This document shows positions 11,497-28,857 of a stretch of DNA of 64,000 bases, one piece after another. The stretch spans positions 82,274,001 to 82,338,000 of the forward strand of contig OZ024743.1 of NCBI GenBank assembly GCA_964016885.1, in the 5' to 3' direction. How positions within the stretch are numbered: position 1 is the stretch's first letter; each line of letters starts with the position of its first letter. The notes under the pieces are model-generated. The model did no database searches and was not told the origin of the DNA. It worked only from the letters and a program-made list of their open reading frames with translations. Position numbers and translations under genes: made by a program. This DNA comes from Eledone cirrhosa (lineage: Eukaryota).

Positions 11497-14400
11497 ATAG
11501 AAGCAGTCAATAAGACAGACTAGGTATTACCTAATAGTAGCAGTCATTAAGACAGACCAGGTATTACCTAATAGCCACAGTCATCAACACAGACACAGGT
11601 ATGACCTAATAGTAGCATTCATTAATACAGACACAGGTAAGACACCGTATTACCTAATCGCAGCCGTCATTAAGACAGACCAGGTATTACCTAATAGTAG
11701 CAGTCATTAAGACACATCAGGTATTACCTAATAGTAGCAGGCATTGAGACAGACACAGGTATAACCTAATCGCAGCCGTCATTAAGACAGACCAGGTATT
11801 ACCTAATAGTAGCAGTCATTAAGACACATCAGGTATTACCTAATAGCAGCAGTCATTAAGACAGACACAGGTATAACTTAATAGCAGCAGTCATTAAGAC
11901 AGACACAGGTATAACTTAATAGCAGGAGTCATTAAGACAGACACAGCTATTACCTAATAGCAGCAGTCATTAAGACAGACACAGGTATTACCTAATAGCA
12001 GCGGCCATTACGAGAGACTAGGTATTACTTATTAGTAGCAGTCATTAAGAGAGGTCAGGTATTACCTAATAGGAGCATTCATTAAGACAGACACAGGTAT
12101 TACCTAATAGCAGCGCTCATTAAGACAGACCAGGTATTACCTAATAGTAGCAGTCATTAAGACAGACTAGGTATTACCTAATAGCAGCGCTCATTAAGAC
12201 AGACCAGGTATTACCTAATAGTACCAGTCATTAAGATAGACCAGTTATTACCTAATAGTAGCAGTCATTAAGACAGACCAGGTATTACCTAATAGTACCA
12301 GTCATTAAGATAGACCAGTTATTACCTAATAGTAGCAGTCATTAAGACAGACCAGGTATTACCTAATAGTAGCAGTCATTAAGACAGACTAGGTATTACC
12401 TAATAGCAGGAGTTATTAAGACACACAAAGTTATTACCTAATAGTAGCAGTCATTGAGACAGACCAGGTATTACCTAATAGCAGCAGCCATTAAGACAGT
12501 CGAGGTATTACCTAATAGTAGCAGTCATTAAGACAGACCAGGTATTACCTAATAGTAGCAGCCATTAAGACAGACTAGGTATTACCTAATAGTAGCAGCC
12601 ATTAAGACAGACTAGGTATTACCTAATAGTAGCAGTCATTAAGACAGACCAGGTATTACCTAATAGTAGCAGCCATTAAGACAGACCAGGTATTACCTAA
12701 TAGTAGCAGTCATTAAGACAGATCAGGTATTACCTAATAGTAGCAGTCATTAAGACAGACCAGGTATTACCTAATAGTAGCAGCCATTAAGACAGACCAG
12801 GTATTACCTAATAGTAGCAGCCATTAAGACAGACCAGGTATTACCTAATAGTAGCAGCCATTAAGACAGACCAGGTATTACCTAATAGTAGCAGTCATTA
12901 AGACAGACCAGGTATTACCTAATAGTAGCAGCCATTAAGACAGACCAGGTATTACCTAATAGTAGCAGTCATTAAGACAGACCAGGTATTACCTAATAGT
13001 AGCAGTCATTAAGACAGACCAGGTATTACCTAATAGTAGCAGCCATTAAGACAGACCAGGTATTACCTAATAGTAGCAGTCATTAAGACAGACCAGGTAT
13101 TACCTAATAGTAGCAGCCATTAAGACAGACTAGGTATTACCTAATAGTAGCAGTCATTAAGACAGACCAGGTATTACCTAATAGCAGCAGTCATTGAGAC
13201 AGACCAGTTATTACCTAATAGCAGCAGTCATTGAGACAGACTAGGTATTACCTAATAGCAGCAGTCATCAAGACAGACTAGGTATTACCTAATAGCAGCA
13301 GTCATTAAAACAGCTCAGGTATTACCTAATAGCAGCAGTCATTAAGACATACACATCTATTACCTAATAGTAGCAGTCATTAAGACAGACTGGGTATTAC
13401 CTAATAGTAGCAGTCATGAAGACAGGCCAGGTATTACCTAATAGTACCAGTCATTAAGATAGACCAGTTATTACCTAATAGCAGCAGTCATTAAGACAGA
13501 CCAGGTATTACCTAATAGCAGCAGTCATTAAGACAGACTGGGTATTACCTAATAGTAGCAGTCATTAAGACAGATCAGGTATTACCTAATAGCAGCAGTC
13601 ATTAAGACAGACTGGGTATTACCTAATAGTAGCAGCCATTAAGACAGACTGGGTATTACCTAATAGTAGCAGTCTTTAAGACAGACTAGGTATTACCTAA
13701 TAGCAGCAGTCATTAAGACAGACCAGGTATTACCTAACAGCATCAATCATTAAGATAGACCAGGTATTACCTAATAGCAGCAGGCATTAAGACAGACTAG
13801 GTATTACCTAATAGTAGCAGTCATTAAGACAGACTAGGTATTACCTAATAGCAGCAGTCATTAAGACAGACAAGGTATTACCTAATAGTAGCAGTCATTA
13901 AGACAGACTAGGTATTACCTAATAGCAGCAGGCATTAAGACAGACTAGGTATTACCTAATAGCAGCAGTCATTAAGATAGACCAGGTATTACCTAATAGC
14001 AGCAGGCATTAAGACAGACTAGGTATTACCTAATAGTAGCAGTCATTAAGACAGACTAGGTATTACCTAATAGCAGCAGTCATTAAGATAGACCAGGTAT
14101 TACCTAATAGTAGCAGTCATTAAGACAGACCAGGTATTACCTAATAGTAGCAGTCATGAAGACAGACCAGGTATTACCTAATAGTAGCAGTCATTAAGAC
14201 AGACTAGGTATTACCTAATAGCAGCAGTCATTAAGACAGACCAGGTATTACCTAACAGCATCAATCATTAAGATAGACCAGGTATTACCTAATAGCAGCA
14301 GGCATTAAGACAGACTAGGTATTACCTAATAGTAGCAGTCATTAAGACAGACTAGGTATTACCTAATAGCAGCAGTCATTAAGACAGACAAGGTATTACC

Positions 14401-17400
14401 TAATAGTAGCAGTCATTAAGACAGACTAGGTATTACCTAATAGCAGCAGGCATTAAGACAGACTAGGTATTACCTAATAGCAGCAGTCATTAAGATAGAC
14501 CAGGTATTACCTAATAGCAGCAGGCATTAAGACAGACTAGGTATTACCTAATAGTAGCAGTCATTAAGACAGACTAGGTATTACCTAATAGCAGCAGTCA
14601 TTAAGATAGACCAGGTATTACCTAATAGTAGCAGTCATTAAGACAGACTAGGTATTACCTAATAGTAGCAGTCATTAAGACAGACTAGGTATTACCTAAT
14701 AGCAGCAGTCATTAAGATAGACCAGGTATTACCTAATAGTAGCAGTCATTAAGACAGACCAGGTATTACCTAATAGTAGCAGTCATGAAGACAGACCAGG
14801 TATTACCTAATAGTAGCAGTCTTTAAGACAGACTAGGTATTACCTAATAGCAGCAGTCATTAAGACAGACCAGGTATTACCTAACAGCATCAATCATTAA
14901 GATAGACCAGGTATTACCTAATAGCAGCAGGCATTAAGACAGACTAGGTATTACCTAATAGTAGCAGTCATTAAGACAGACTAGGTATTACCTAATAGCA
15001 GCAGTCATTAAGACAGACAAGGTATTACCTAATAGTAGCAGTCATTAAGACAGACTAGGTATTACCTAATAGTAGCAGTCATGAAGACAGACCAGGTATT
15101 ACCTAATAGCATCAGTCATTAAGACAGACTAGGTATTACCTAATAGCAGCAGTCATTAAGACAGACAAGGTATTACCTAATAGTAGCAGTCATTAAGACA
15201 GACTAGGTATTACCTAATAGTAGCAGTCATTAAGACAGACTAGGTATTACCTAATAGCAGCAGTCATTAAGACAGACAAGGTATTACCTAATAGTAGCAG
15301 TCATTAAGACAGACTAGGTATTACCTAATAGCAGCAGTCATTAAGACAGACCAGGTATTACCTAATAGTAGCAGTCATTAAGACAGACAAGGTATTACCT
15401 AATAGTAGCAGTCATTAAGACAGACCAGGTATTACCTAATAGTAGCAGTCATTAAGACAGACAAGGTATTACCTAATAGTAGCAGTCATTAAGACAGACC
15501 AGGTATTACCTAATAGTAGCAGTCATTAAGACAGACTAGGTATTACCTAATAGTAGCAGTCATTAAGACAGACCAGGTATTACCTAATAGTAGCAGTCAT
15601 TAAGACAGACAAGGTATTACCTAATAGTAGCAGTCATTAAGACAGACTAGGTATTACCTAATAGTAGCAGTCATGAAGACAGACCAGGTATTACCTAATA
15701 GCAGCAGTCATTAAGACAGACTAGGTATTACCTAATAGCAGCAGTCATTAAGACAGACAAGGTATTACCTAATAGTAGCAGTCATTAAGACAGACTAGGT
15801 ATTACCTAATAGTAGCAGTCATTAAGACAGACTAGGTATTACCTAATAGCAGCAGTCATTAAGACAGACAAGGTATTACCTAATAGTAGCAGTCATTAAG
15901 ACAGACTAGGTATTACCTAATAGCAGCAGTCATTAAGACAGACCAGGTATTACCTAATAGTAGCAGTCATTAAGACAGACAAGGTATTACCTAATAGTAG
16001 CAGTCATTAAGACAGACCAGGTATTACCTAATAGTAGCAGTCATTAAGACAGACAAGGTATTACCTAATAGTAGCAGTCATTAAGACAGACCAGGTATTA
16101 CCTAATAGTAGCAGTCATTAAGACAGACTAGGTATTACCTAATAGTAGCAGTCATTAAGACAGACCAGGTATTACCTAATAGTAGCAGTCATTAAGACAG
16201 ACAAGGTATTACCTAATAGTAGCAGTCATTAAGACAGACTAGGTATTACCTAATAGTAGCAGTCATTAAGACAGACCAGGTATTACCTAATAGTAGCAGT
16301 CATTAAGACAGACTAGGTATTACCTAATAGTAGCAGTCATTGAGACAGACCAGGTATTACCTAATATCAGCAGTCATTAAGACAGACTAGGTATTACCTA
16401 ATATCAGCAGTCATTAAGACAGACTAGGTATTACCTAATAGTAGCAGTCATTAAGACAGACTAGGTATTACCTAATAGTAGCAGTCATTAAGACAGACTA
16501 GGTATTACCTAATAGTAGCAGTCATTAAGACAGACCAGGTATTACCTAATAGTAGCAGTCATTAAGACAGACTAGGTATTACCTAATAGTAGCAGTCATT
16601 AAGACAGACCAGGTATTACCTAATATCAGCAGTCATTAAGACAGACTAGGTATTACCTAATATCAGCAGTCATTAAGACAGACTAGGTATTACCTAATAG
16701 TAGCAGTCATTAAGATAGACCAGGTATTACCTAATAGTAGCAGTCATTAAGACAGACTAGGTATTACCTAATAGTAGCAGTCATTAAGACAGACCAGGTA
16801 TTACCTAATAGTAGCAGTCATTAAGACAGACTAGGTATTACCTAATAGCAGCGCTCATTAAGACAGGTCAGGTATTACCTAATAGCAGCAGTTATTAAGG
16901 CACACAACGTTATTACCTAATAGTAGCAGTCATTGAGACAGACCAGGTATTACCTAATATCAGCAGTCATTAAGACAGACTAGGTATTACCTAATATCAG
17001 CAGTCATTAAGACAGACTAGGTATTACCTAATAGTAGCAGTCATTAAGACAGACACAGGTATTACCTAATAGCAGCGCTCATTAAGACAGGTCAGGTATT
17101 ACCTAAGAGTAGCAGTCATTAAGACAGACCAGGTATTACCTAATAGTAGCAGTCATTAAGAGAGACTAGGTATTACCTAATAGTAGCAGCCATTAAGACA
17201 GATCATGTATTACCTAATAGCAGCAGTTATTAAGACAGACACAGGTATTACCTAATAGTAGCAGTCATTAAGACAGACTAGGTATTACCTAATATCAGCA
17301 GTCATTAAGACAGACTAGGTATTACCTAATAGTAGCAACCATTAAGTCACATCAGGTATTACCGAATAGCAGCAGTCATTGAGACAGACTAGTTATTACC

Positions 17401-20400
17401 TAATAGGTGCAGTCATTGAGACAGACCAGGTATTACCTAATAGCAGCAGTCATTTAGACAGATCAGGTATTACGTAATAGCAGCAGTCATTGAGACAGAC
17501 TAGGTATTACCTAATAGCAGCAGTCATCAAGACAGACTAGGTATTACCTAATAGCAGCAGTCATTAAAACAGCTCAGGTATTACCTAATGGCAGCAGTCA
17601 TTAAGACATACACATCTATTACCTAATAGTAGCAGTCATTAAGACAGACCAGGTATTACATAATAGCAGCAGTCATTAATACAGACTAGGTATTACCTAA
17701 TAGTAGCAGTCATTAAGACAGACCAGGTATTACCTAATAGTAGCAGTCATTAAGACAGACCAGGTATTACCTAATAGCAGCAGTCATTAAGACAGACTAC
17801 GTATTACCTAAGAGTAGCAGTCATTTAGACAGACCAGATATTACCTAATAGCAGCAGTCATTAAGACAGACCAGGTATTACCTAATAGTAGCAGTCATTG
17901 AGACAGATTAGTTATTACCTAATAGCAGCAGTCATTGAGACAGACTAGGTATTACCTAATAGCAGCAGTCATCAAGACAGACTAGGTATTACCTAATAGC
18001 AGCAGTCATTAAAACAGCTCAGGTATTACCTAATGGCAGCAGTCATTAAGACATACACATCTATTACCTAATAGTAGCAGTCATTAAGACATACACAGGT
18101 ATTACCTAACAGTAGCAGTCATTAAGACAGACTAGGTATTACCTAAGAGTAGCAGTCATTAAGACAGACTAGGTATTACCTAATAGCAGCAGTCATTAAT
18201 ACAGACTAGGTATTACCTAATAGTAGCAGTCATTAAGACAGACCAGGTATTACCTAATAGCAGCAGTCATTAATACAGACTAGGTATTACCTAATAGTAG
18301 CAGTCATTAAGACAGACCAGGTATTACCTAATAGTAGCAGTCATTAAGACAGACCAGGTATTACCTAATAGCAGCAGTCATTAAGACAGACACAGGTATT
18401 ACCTAATAGTAGCAGTCATTGAGACAGATTAGTTATTACCTAATAGCAGCAGTCATTGAGACAGACTAGGTATTACCTAAGAGTAGCAGTCATTTAGACA
18501 GACCAGATATTACCTAATAGCAGCAGTCATTGAGACAGATTAGTTATTACCTAATAGCAGCAGTCATTAAGACAGACTACGTATTACCTAAGAGTAGCAG
18601 TCATTTAGACAGACCAGATATTACCTAATAGCAGCAGTCATTAAGACAGACCAGGTATTACCTAATAGTAGCAGTCATTGAGACAGATTAGTTATTACCT
18701 AATAGCAGCAGTCATTGAGACAGACTAGGTATTACCTAATAGCAGCAGTCATCAAGACAGACTAGGTATTACCTAATAGCAGCAGTCATTAAAACAGCTC
18801 AGGTATTACCTAATAGCAGCAGTCATTAAGACATACACATCTATTACCTAATAGTAGCAGTCATTAAGACAGACTGGGTATTACCTAATAGTAGCAGTCA
18901 TGAAGACAGGCCAGGTATTACCTAATAGTACCAGTCATTAAGATAGACCAGTTATTACCTAATAGCAGCAGTCATTAAGACAGACCAGGTATTACCTAAT
19001 AGTACCAGTCATTAAGATAGACCAGTTATTACCTAATAGCAGCAGTCATTAAGACAGACCAGGTATTACCTAATAGTACCAGTCATTAAGATAGACCAGT
19101 TATTACCTAATAGCAGCAGTCATTAAGACAGACCAGGTATTACCTAATAGTACCAGTCATTAAGATAGACCAGTTATTACCTAATAGCAGCAGTCATTAA
19201 GACAGACCAGGTATTACCTAATAGTACCAGTCATTAAGATAGACCAGTTATTACCTAATAGCAGCAGTCATTAAGACAGACCAGGTATTACCTAATAGTA
19301 CCAGTCATTAAGACAGACCAGTTATTACCTAATAGCAGCAGTCATTAAGACAGACTGGGTATTACCTAATAGTAGCAGTCATTAAGATAGATCAGGTATT
19401 ACCTAATAGTAGCAGTCATTAAGACAGACTGGGTATTACCTAATAGTAGCAGTCATGAAGACAGACCAGGTATTACCTAATAGTAGCAGTCATTAAGACA
19501 GACTGGGTATTACCTAATAGCAGCAGTCATTAAGACAGATCAGGTATTACCTAATAGTAGCAGTCATTAAGACAGACTGGGTATTACCTAATAGTAGCAG
19601 TCATGAAGACAGACCAGGTATTACCTAATAGTAGCAGTCATTAAGACAGACTGGGTATTACCTAATAGTAGCAGTCTTTAAGACAGACTAGGTATTACCT
19701 AATAGCAGCAGTCATTAAGACAGACTAGGTATTACCTAATAGCAGCAGTTATTAAGGCACACAAAGTTATTACCTAATAGTAGCAGTCATTGAGACAGAC
19801 CAGGTATTACCTAATAGCAGCAGTCATTGAGACAGACTAGGTATTACCTAATATCAGCAGTCATTAAGACAGACTAGGTATTACCTAATAGCAGCAGTCA
19901 TTAAGACAGACTAGGTATTACCTAATAGCAGCAGTTATTAAGGCACACAAAGTTATTACCTAATAGTAGCAGTCATTGAGACAGACCAGGTATTACCTAA
20001 TAGCAGCAGTCATTGAGACAGACTAGGTATTACCTAATATCAGCAGTCATTAAGACAGACTAGGTATTACCTAATAGCAGCGCTCATTAAGACAGGTCAG
20101 GTATTACCTAAGAGTAGCAGTCATTAAGACAGACACATCTATTACCTAATAGCAGCAGTCATTAAGACAGACTAGGTATTACCTAATAGTAGAAGTCATT
20201 AAGACAGACACATCTATTACCTAATAGCAGCAGTCATTAAGACAGACTAGGTATTACCTAATAGTAGAACTCATTAAGACAGACTAGGTATAACCTAATA
20301 GTAGCAGTCATTAAGCAGACCAGGTATTACCTAATAGCAGCAGTGATTAAGACAGACTAGGTATTACCTAATAGTAGCAGTCATTAAGACAGACTAGGTA

Positions 20401-21872
20401 TTACCTAATAGTAGCAGTCATTAAGACAGACTAGGTATTACCTAATAGTAGCAGTCATTAAGACAGACTAGGTATTACCTAATAGTAGCAGTCATTAAGA
20501 CAGACCAGGTATTACCTAATAGCAGCAGTCATTAAGACAGAATAGGTATTACCTAATAGCAGCAGTCATTAAGATGGACCAGGTGTTACCTAATGGTAGC
20601 AGTCATTAAGACACACCAGGTATTACCTAATAGCAGCAGTCATTAAGACATACACATCTATTACCTAATAGTAGCAGTCATTAAGACGGACACAGATATT
20701 ACCTAATAGTAGCAGTCATTAAGACAGACTAGGTATTACCTAATAGTAGCAGTCATTAAGATAGACCAGTTATTACCTAATAGCAGCAGTCATTAAGACA
20801 GACTGGGTATTACCTAATAGTAGCAGTCATGAAGACAGGCCAGGTATTACCTAATAGTAGCAGTCATTAAGACAGACCAGGTATTACCTAATAGCAGCAG
20901 TCATTAAGACAGACTGGGTATTACCTAATAGTAGCAGTCATGAAGACAGACCAGGTATTACCTAATAGTAGCAGTCTTTAAGACAGGTCAGGTATTACCT
21001 AAGAGTAGCAGTCATTAAGACAGACACAGGTATTACCTAATAGCAGCGGTCATTAAGAGAGACTAGGTATTACCTAATAGCAGCAGGCATTAAGACAGAC
21101 TAGGTATTACCTAATAGTAGCAGTCATTAAGACAGACTAGGTATTACCTAATAGCAGCAGTCATTAAGACAGACTAGGTATTACCTAATAGCAGCAGTCA
21201 TTAAGACAGACTAGGTATTACCTAATAGCAGCAGTCATTAAGACAGACTAGGTATTACCTAATAGCAGCAGTCATTAAGACAGACTAGGTATTACCTAAT
21301 AGCAGCAGTCATTAAGACAGACTAGGTATTACCTAATAGTAGCAGTCATTAAGACAGACTAGGTATTACCTAACAGCAGCAGTCATTAAGACAGACTAGG
21401 TATTACCTAATAGTAGCAGTCATTAAGACATACACATGTATTACCTAATAGTAGCAGTCATTAAGACAGACTAGGTATTACCTAATATCAGCAGTCATTA
21501 AGACAGACTAGGTATTACCTAACAGCAGCAGTCAGTAAGACAGACTAGGTATTACCTAATAGTAGCAGTCATTAAGACAGACTAGGTATTACCTAATAGC
21601 TGCAGTCATTAAGACAGACTAGGTATTACCTAACAGCAGCAGTCAGTAAGACAGACTAGGTATTACCTAATAGCAGCAGTCATTAAGACATACTAGGTAT
21701 TACCTAACAGCAGCAGTCAGTAAGACAGACTAGGTATTACCTAATAGTAGCAGTCATTAAGACATACACATGTATTACCTAATAGCAGCAGTCATTAAGG
21801 CAGACTATGTATTACCTAACAGTAGCAGTCAGTAAGACAGACCAGGTATTACCTAATAGCAGCAGTAATTAA
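11497..21872. repeat. 37-bp satellite, ~280 copies
   Basis: Unit GTCATTAAGACAGACYAGGTATTACCTAATAGYAGCA; period checked 12901 to 12938. Confidence 0.98.
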
Positions 21873-22051
21873 CCTCCTCTCTATTTTACACCCTACACAC
21901 ACACCCCTCCCCCTCCTTCTTCACACCGTTTTCTTCGCTATCAATGTATATATCAATGTATATATAACCTATTGTATATCATTGTATATAACCGTGTTGA
22001 GGAGGAGGGTATGTTGAAGGACAGGGTGTTGGCCAAATAAATGTTTAAAAT

Positions 22052-23825
<1,774 letters not shown>

Positions 23826-23837
23826 TATAGACATGTG

Positions 23838-24245
23838 TCTGTTGTTGTTGTTGTTATTGCCTTTGTTGTTTCAATTATTGTTGACATTCTTATTAACGTT
23901 ACTGACTTATTGTTGTTGTTGTTGCTGTTGTTGTTATTGTTGTTGTTGCTACTGCTGTTGTTATTGATGCTGTTATTGTTGCTGCTGTTGTTATTGTTGT
24001 TGTTGTTATTATTGTTTTTGTAGTTGTTATTGTTGTTGTTGTTATTGTTGTTCTTGTTGTTATTGTTGTTGCTGTTGTTATTGTTGTTGTTGTTGTTGTC
24101 TTCGTTTTTCTATTTCATTTGTTATTTTTTTTAAAGAAATGTTCACTATCCTTCGCTTTATTATCACCACCACTCTTATTATTATTGTTATTATTACTAT
24201 TGTTGTTGTCATGATTATTACTGTTATGTTATTATTATTATTTTT
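23838..24245. repeat. (TTG)n and (ATT)n trinucleotide tracts
   Basis: Direct reading. Confidence 0.9.
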
Positions 24246-24279
24246 ATATATTTTTTATATCTTCATTGTTAAATTAGTC

Positions 24280-24380
24280 TTGCCATTGTGCACTTTTACT
24301 CCACCTTATTGTAAACCCCCACTGTCCCTGTCTTTGTATTGTACCCTACATGTCGGACCTTGTGGCCAATAAATGAAATC
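24280..24380 (+). mobile_element. 3' end fragment of a LINE related to the Tx1 element at 30855
   Basis: GTAAACCCCCA..TTTGTATTGTACCC..CCTTGTGGCCAATAAATGAAAT resembles the Tx1 3' end GTAAACTCCCCATTTGTATTTGTCCCC..CCTTGAGGCTAATAAAGAAAT. Confidence 0.5.
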
Positions 24381-24383
24381 ATT

Positions 24384-24482
24384 AGTTAACTTTGCCTTTC
24401 ATCCTTACGGGTTCGATGAAATAAAAGTACCAGTAATGTACTGGGGTAATTGCTGGCCTTGTACCAAAAGTAGAAACAATTA
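24384..24482 (+). mobile_element. 5'-truncated family A SINE with (ATT)n tail
   Basis: GTTAACTTTGCCTTTCATCCTTACGGGTTCGATGAAATAAAAGTACCAGT..GGCCTTGTACCAAAAGTAGAAACAATTATT. Confidence 0.8.
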
Positions 24483-24922
24483 TTATTATTATTATTATTG
24501 TCATTATTTTGCAATGTATATTACTTCTATCATTATAATAAAAATAATAATAACGACATCAAATATTTATCATCACCATCACCATCATCACCATCATCGT
24601 CATTATCGTTATCTTTATCATCATCATCATCATTGTTATTATTATCTACTCAAGTGTGAAGTCCGTTATCCAGTGTTTGATATAGAAGCAATCTCTAGCG
24701 ATAGCCAGGGATCCTCCCAAGGGACGGGGGAGGAGGAAGAGGAAGAGAGGGGGGGGGTGTAGATGGTATAATGGTTGGGGGACTATATGTTACAGTGAGG
24801 GAAACATTGTAGAAGCAAGCTGGATGAAATGTTATGATGGCGGGGTTGCATATGGTATATTAGAGATGGTGGGTGATATTGTGGTGGTGGTCGTGGTAGT
24901 GATTCTTATAGAGTAGTGAAGA

Positions 24923-25030
24923 TAGAATGGTATTGTGTGGGGTGGTGGAATGGTATTGTGTGGGGTGGTAGAATGGTATTGTGTGGGGGGTGGAATGGTA
25001 TTGTGTGGGGTGGTGGAATGGTATTGTGTT
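24923..25030. repeat. ~23-bp G-rich minisatellite, ~5 copies
   Basis: GAATGGTATTGTGTGGGGTGGTG. Confidence 0.85.
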
Positions 25031-25194
25031 GGATGATGAAATGATAGGGTGATAGTTGACATAAGTGAGGTGAGTGGTGAACAGCAAACATTTTTTAGGG
25101 TACAGAAAATATGAATTTCTTTTCAGAATTGACCCCTAAGATTATATTTTACCACATGTTCGTCAGTTTGGTCCCCAGGGTACAAGGTATATAA

Positions 25195-25227
25195 CACACA
25201 TGATATAACAATGTACCCAATTATAGC

Positions 25228-25261
<34 letters not shown>

Positions 25262-25290
25262 CACATGAAATAACAATATACTCAATTATA

Positions 25291-25339
<49 letters not shown>

Positions 25340-27531
25340 ATAAAATACCTAAATACACAACTGTAATGTATATATATATATATATATATATAGTGTATAT
25401 ATCACATGAAATACCTATATACCCAACTATAGTGTATATAGTATATATATCACATGAAATATATACCCAACTATAGAGTATATAGCGTATATATCACATG
25501 AAATACCTATATATCCAGCTCTAGTGTATATAGTGTATATATCACAAGAAATATATACCCAACTGTAGTGTATATAGTGTATATATCACAAGAAATACTT
25601 ATTTATCCAGCTCTAGTGTATATAGTGTATATATCACATGAAATATATACCCAACTGTAGTGTATATAGTGTATATATCACATGAAATATATACCCAACT
25701 GTAGTGTATATAGTGTATATATCACATGAAATATATACACAACTGTAGTGTATACTGTGTATATATCACATGAAATATATACCCAACTGTAGTGTATATT
25801 GTGTATATATCACATGAAATATATACCCAACTGTAGTGTATATAGTGTATATATCACATGAAATATATACACAACTGTAGTGTATATTGTGTATATATCA
25901 CATGAAATATATACTCAACTGTAGTGTATACTGTGTATATATCACATGAAATATATACCCAACTGTAGTGTATATTCTGTATATATCACATGAAATATAT
26001 ACCCAACTGTAGTGTATATTCTGTATATATCACATGAAATATATACCCAACTGTAGTGTATATTCTGTATATATCACATGAAATATATACCCAACTGTAG
26101 TGTATATTCTGTATATATCACATGAAATATATACCCAACTGTAGTGTATATTCTGTATATATCACATGAAATATATACCCAACTGTAGTGTATATAGTGT
26201 ATATATCACATGAAATTTATACCCAACTGTAGTGTATATTCTGTATATATCACATGAAATATATACCCAACTGTAGTGTATATTCTGTATATATCACATG
26301 AAATATATACCCAACTGTAGTGTATATTCCGTATATATCACATGAAATATATACCCAACTGTAGTGTATATTGTGTATATATCACATGAAATATATACCC
26401 AACTGTAGTGTATATTGTGTATATATCACATGAAATATATACCCAACTGTAGTGTATATTCTGTATATATCACATGAAATATATACTCAACTGTAGTGTA
26501 TATTGTGTATATATCACATGAAATATATACCCAACTCTAGTGTATATTGTGTATATATCACATGAAATATATACCCAACTGGAGTGTATATTCTGTATAT
26601 ATCACATGAAATATATACCCAACTGTAGTGTATATTCTGTATATATATCACATGAAATATATACACAACTGTAGTGTATATTGTGTATATATCACATGAA
26701 ATATATACTCAAGTGTAGTGTATACTGTGTATATATCACATGAAATATATACCCAACTGTAGTGTATATAGTGTATATATCACATGAAATATATACACAA
26801 CTGTAGTGTATATTCTGTATATATCACATGAAATATATACCCAACTGTAGTGTATATTCTGTATATATCACATGAAATATATACCCAACTGTAGTGTATA
26901 TTCTGTATATATCACATGAAATATATACCCAACTGTAGTGTATATTGTGTATATATCACATGAAATATATACCCAACTGTAGTGTATATTGTGTATATAT
27001 CACATGAAATATATACCCAACTGTAGTGTATATTGTGTATATATCACATGAAATATATACCCAACTGTAGTGTATATTCTGTATATATCACATGAAATAT
27101 ATACCCAACTGTAGTGTATATAGTGTATATATCACATGAAATATATACTCAACTGTAGTGTATATTGTGTATATATCACATGAAATATATACCCAACTGT
27201 AGTGTATAGTGTGTATATATCACATGAAATATATACCCAACTGTAGTGTATATTCTGTATATATCACATGAAATATATACCCAACTATAGTGTATATAGT
27301 ATATATATCACATGAAATATATACTCAACTGTAGTGTATATTGTGTATATATCACATGAAATATATACCCAACTGTAGTGTATATTGTGTATATATCACA
27401 TGAAATATATACCCAACTGTAGTGTATATTCTGTATATATCACATGAAATATATACCCAACTGTAGTGTATATAGTGTATATATCACATGAAATATATAC
27501 CCAACTGTAGTGTATATTGTGTATATATCAC
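25195..27531 (-). repeat. 44-bp minisatellite (~50 copies), inverted relative of the 2790-3822 array
   Basis: Unit ATCACATGAAATATATACCCAACTGTAGTGTATATTSTGTATAT; period checked 26161 to 26205. Confidence 0.95.
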
Positions 27532-28857
27532 GACTGTAAGGACGATCACGAACAGTTACCCCTAAAATAATTTACTTTAATAAACTGTTTATGACTATTG
27601 AAAATGGATGAGGAATTAAGAAAACCTGGGATGGTAAGGACACAGCTCCATACGTAACTCATATATATGTTGTATCGATTATTAAGATACATAATGAGCT
27701 GGATAAAATGGGACCTACATTTCACGGCTATACTGAGCCTATTACTAGATTTGCAGAGAACTGTCCACGAAATAAAAATAATAAACAACCTCTGCTATAG
27801 ATCTCTATATCTAGGACAATAAATATGTGCAAGAATATATTCAGATGTGACGGTTGAATAGGTGTGTAAAGATAGGGAACAAAGAGCCAGAAAGATTTGA
27901 TTTTAAAACAAAAACGCTTTTCTTAATAATTATTCGACTGAGAGCCGCTGGCCAGTCAAAATAAATATTGAAGCATGCCTATCTAGGTTTCGATCTATAT
28001 AACTATTCAGTTATCTATTGATCAACTAACCAACATACCTGTTTAATTATCTCACCTGCCTGCATACCTTCCTCTCTGCTTGAAGCTCTACTTCTCTATA
28101 TATCTTTCTTTCAGATCTTATATCTAATATTCTATCTATCTATCTTTGGATGAATGTGTGTGTGCGTGAGTGTATTATATATCATATGTATGTGTGCATG
28201 TGTATGATATGTATGTGTGCATGTATGTATATATATGTATGTATATACATATATGTGTGTGTGTGCAGTCCGTATATATAGTTATCTATCTACTGATTTC
28301 TCTCTTCCTATATATATATATATAAAGACAGAGAGAGAGGGGGAGAGTGAGAGAAAGAGGGGGAGAGAGAGAGAGAGATTCAGATACACCTATCCATCAA
28401 TCCATCTGACCACTCATCCGTTCAACTATTTTATCTAATCGATATTTTTACTTGCACATTATTTTTTTCCACATCTTTCCTCCCTCATTTCCATATCATA
28501 TCGATATCGATAAATCATCCTGATCAGAGACCAGACTGACGCAACAACAGCAACAACTCGGCAGCCATTACTGTAAAATCTGAAAATAACCGAGAGGGGG
28601 CGAGAGAGACACAGGTGAATATATGTATATAGCAATTCCTCACTTAACGACCATAGTATTTTACGTCAGACTGGTCTTAAAGCAAATTGTCGGTAAATAA
28701 GGAAAACGAAAGCCTTCTTGTCTTCTGATGGAGTCATAAATATGGCGCAATACAGACAGATATCTATTTTGAAGCTTGTGGAATTTATCTCATTTTAGCT
28801 TTGACTACAGCTAGTTTCTTCCAGAGAAATAGAGAGCGACAGAAAAAGTATAGAAGA

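Noticed and set aside
11497-21872. 37-bp palindromic repeats as a CRISPR array
   Set aside because: Units are head-to-tail with no unique spacers, there are no cas genes, and the context is eukaryotic
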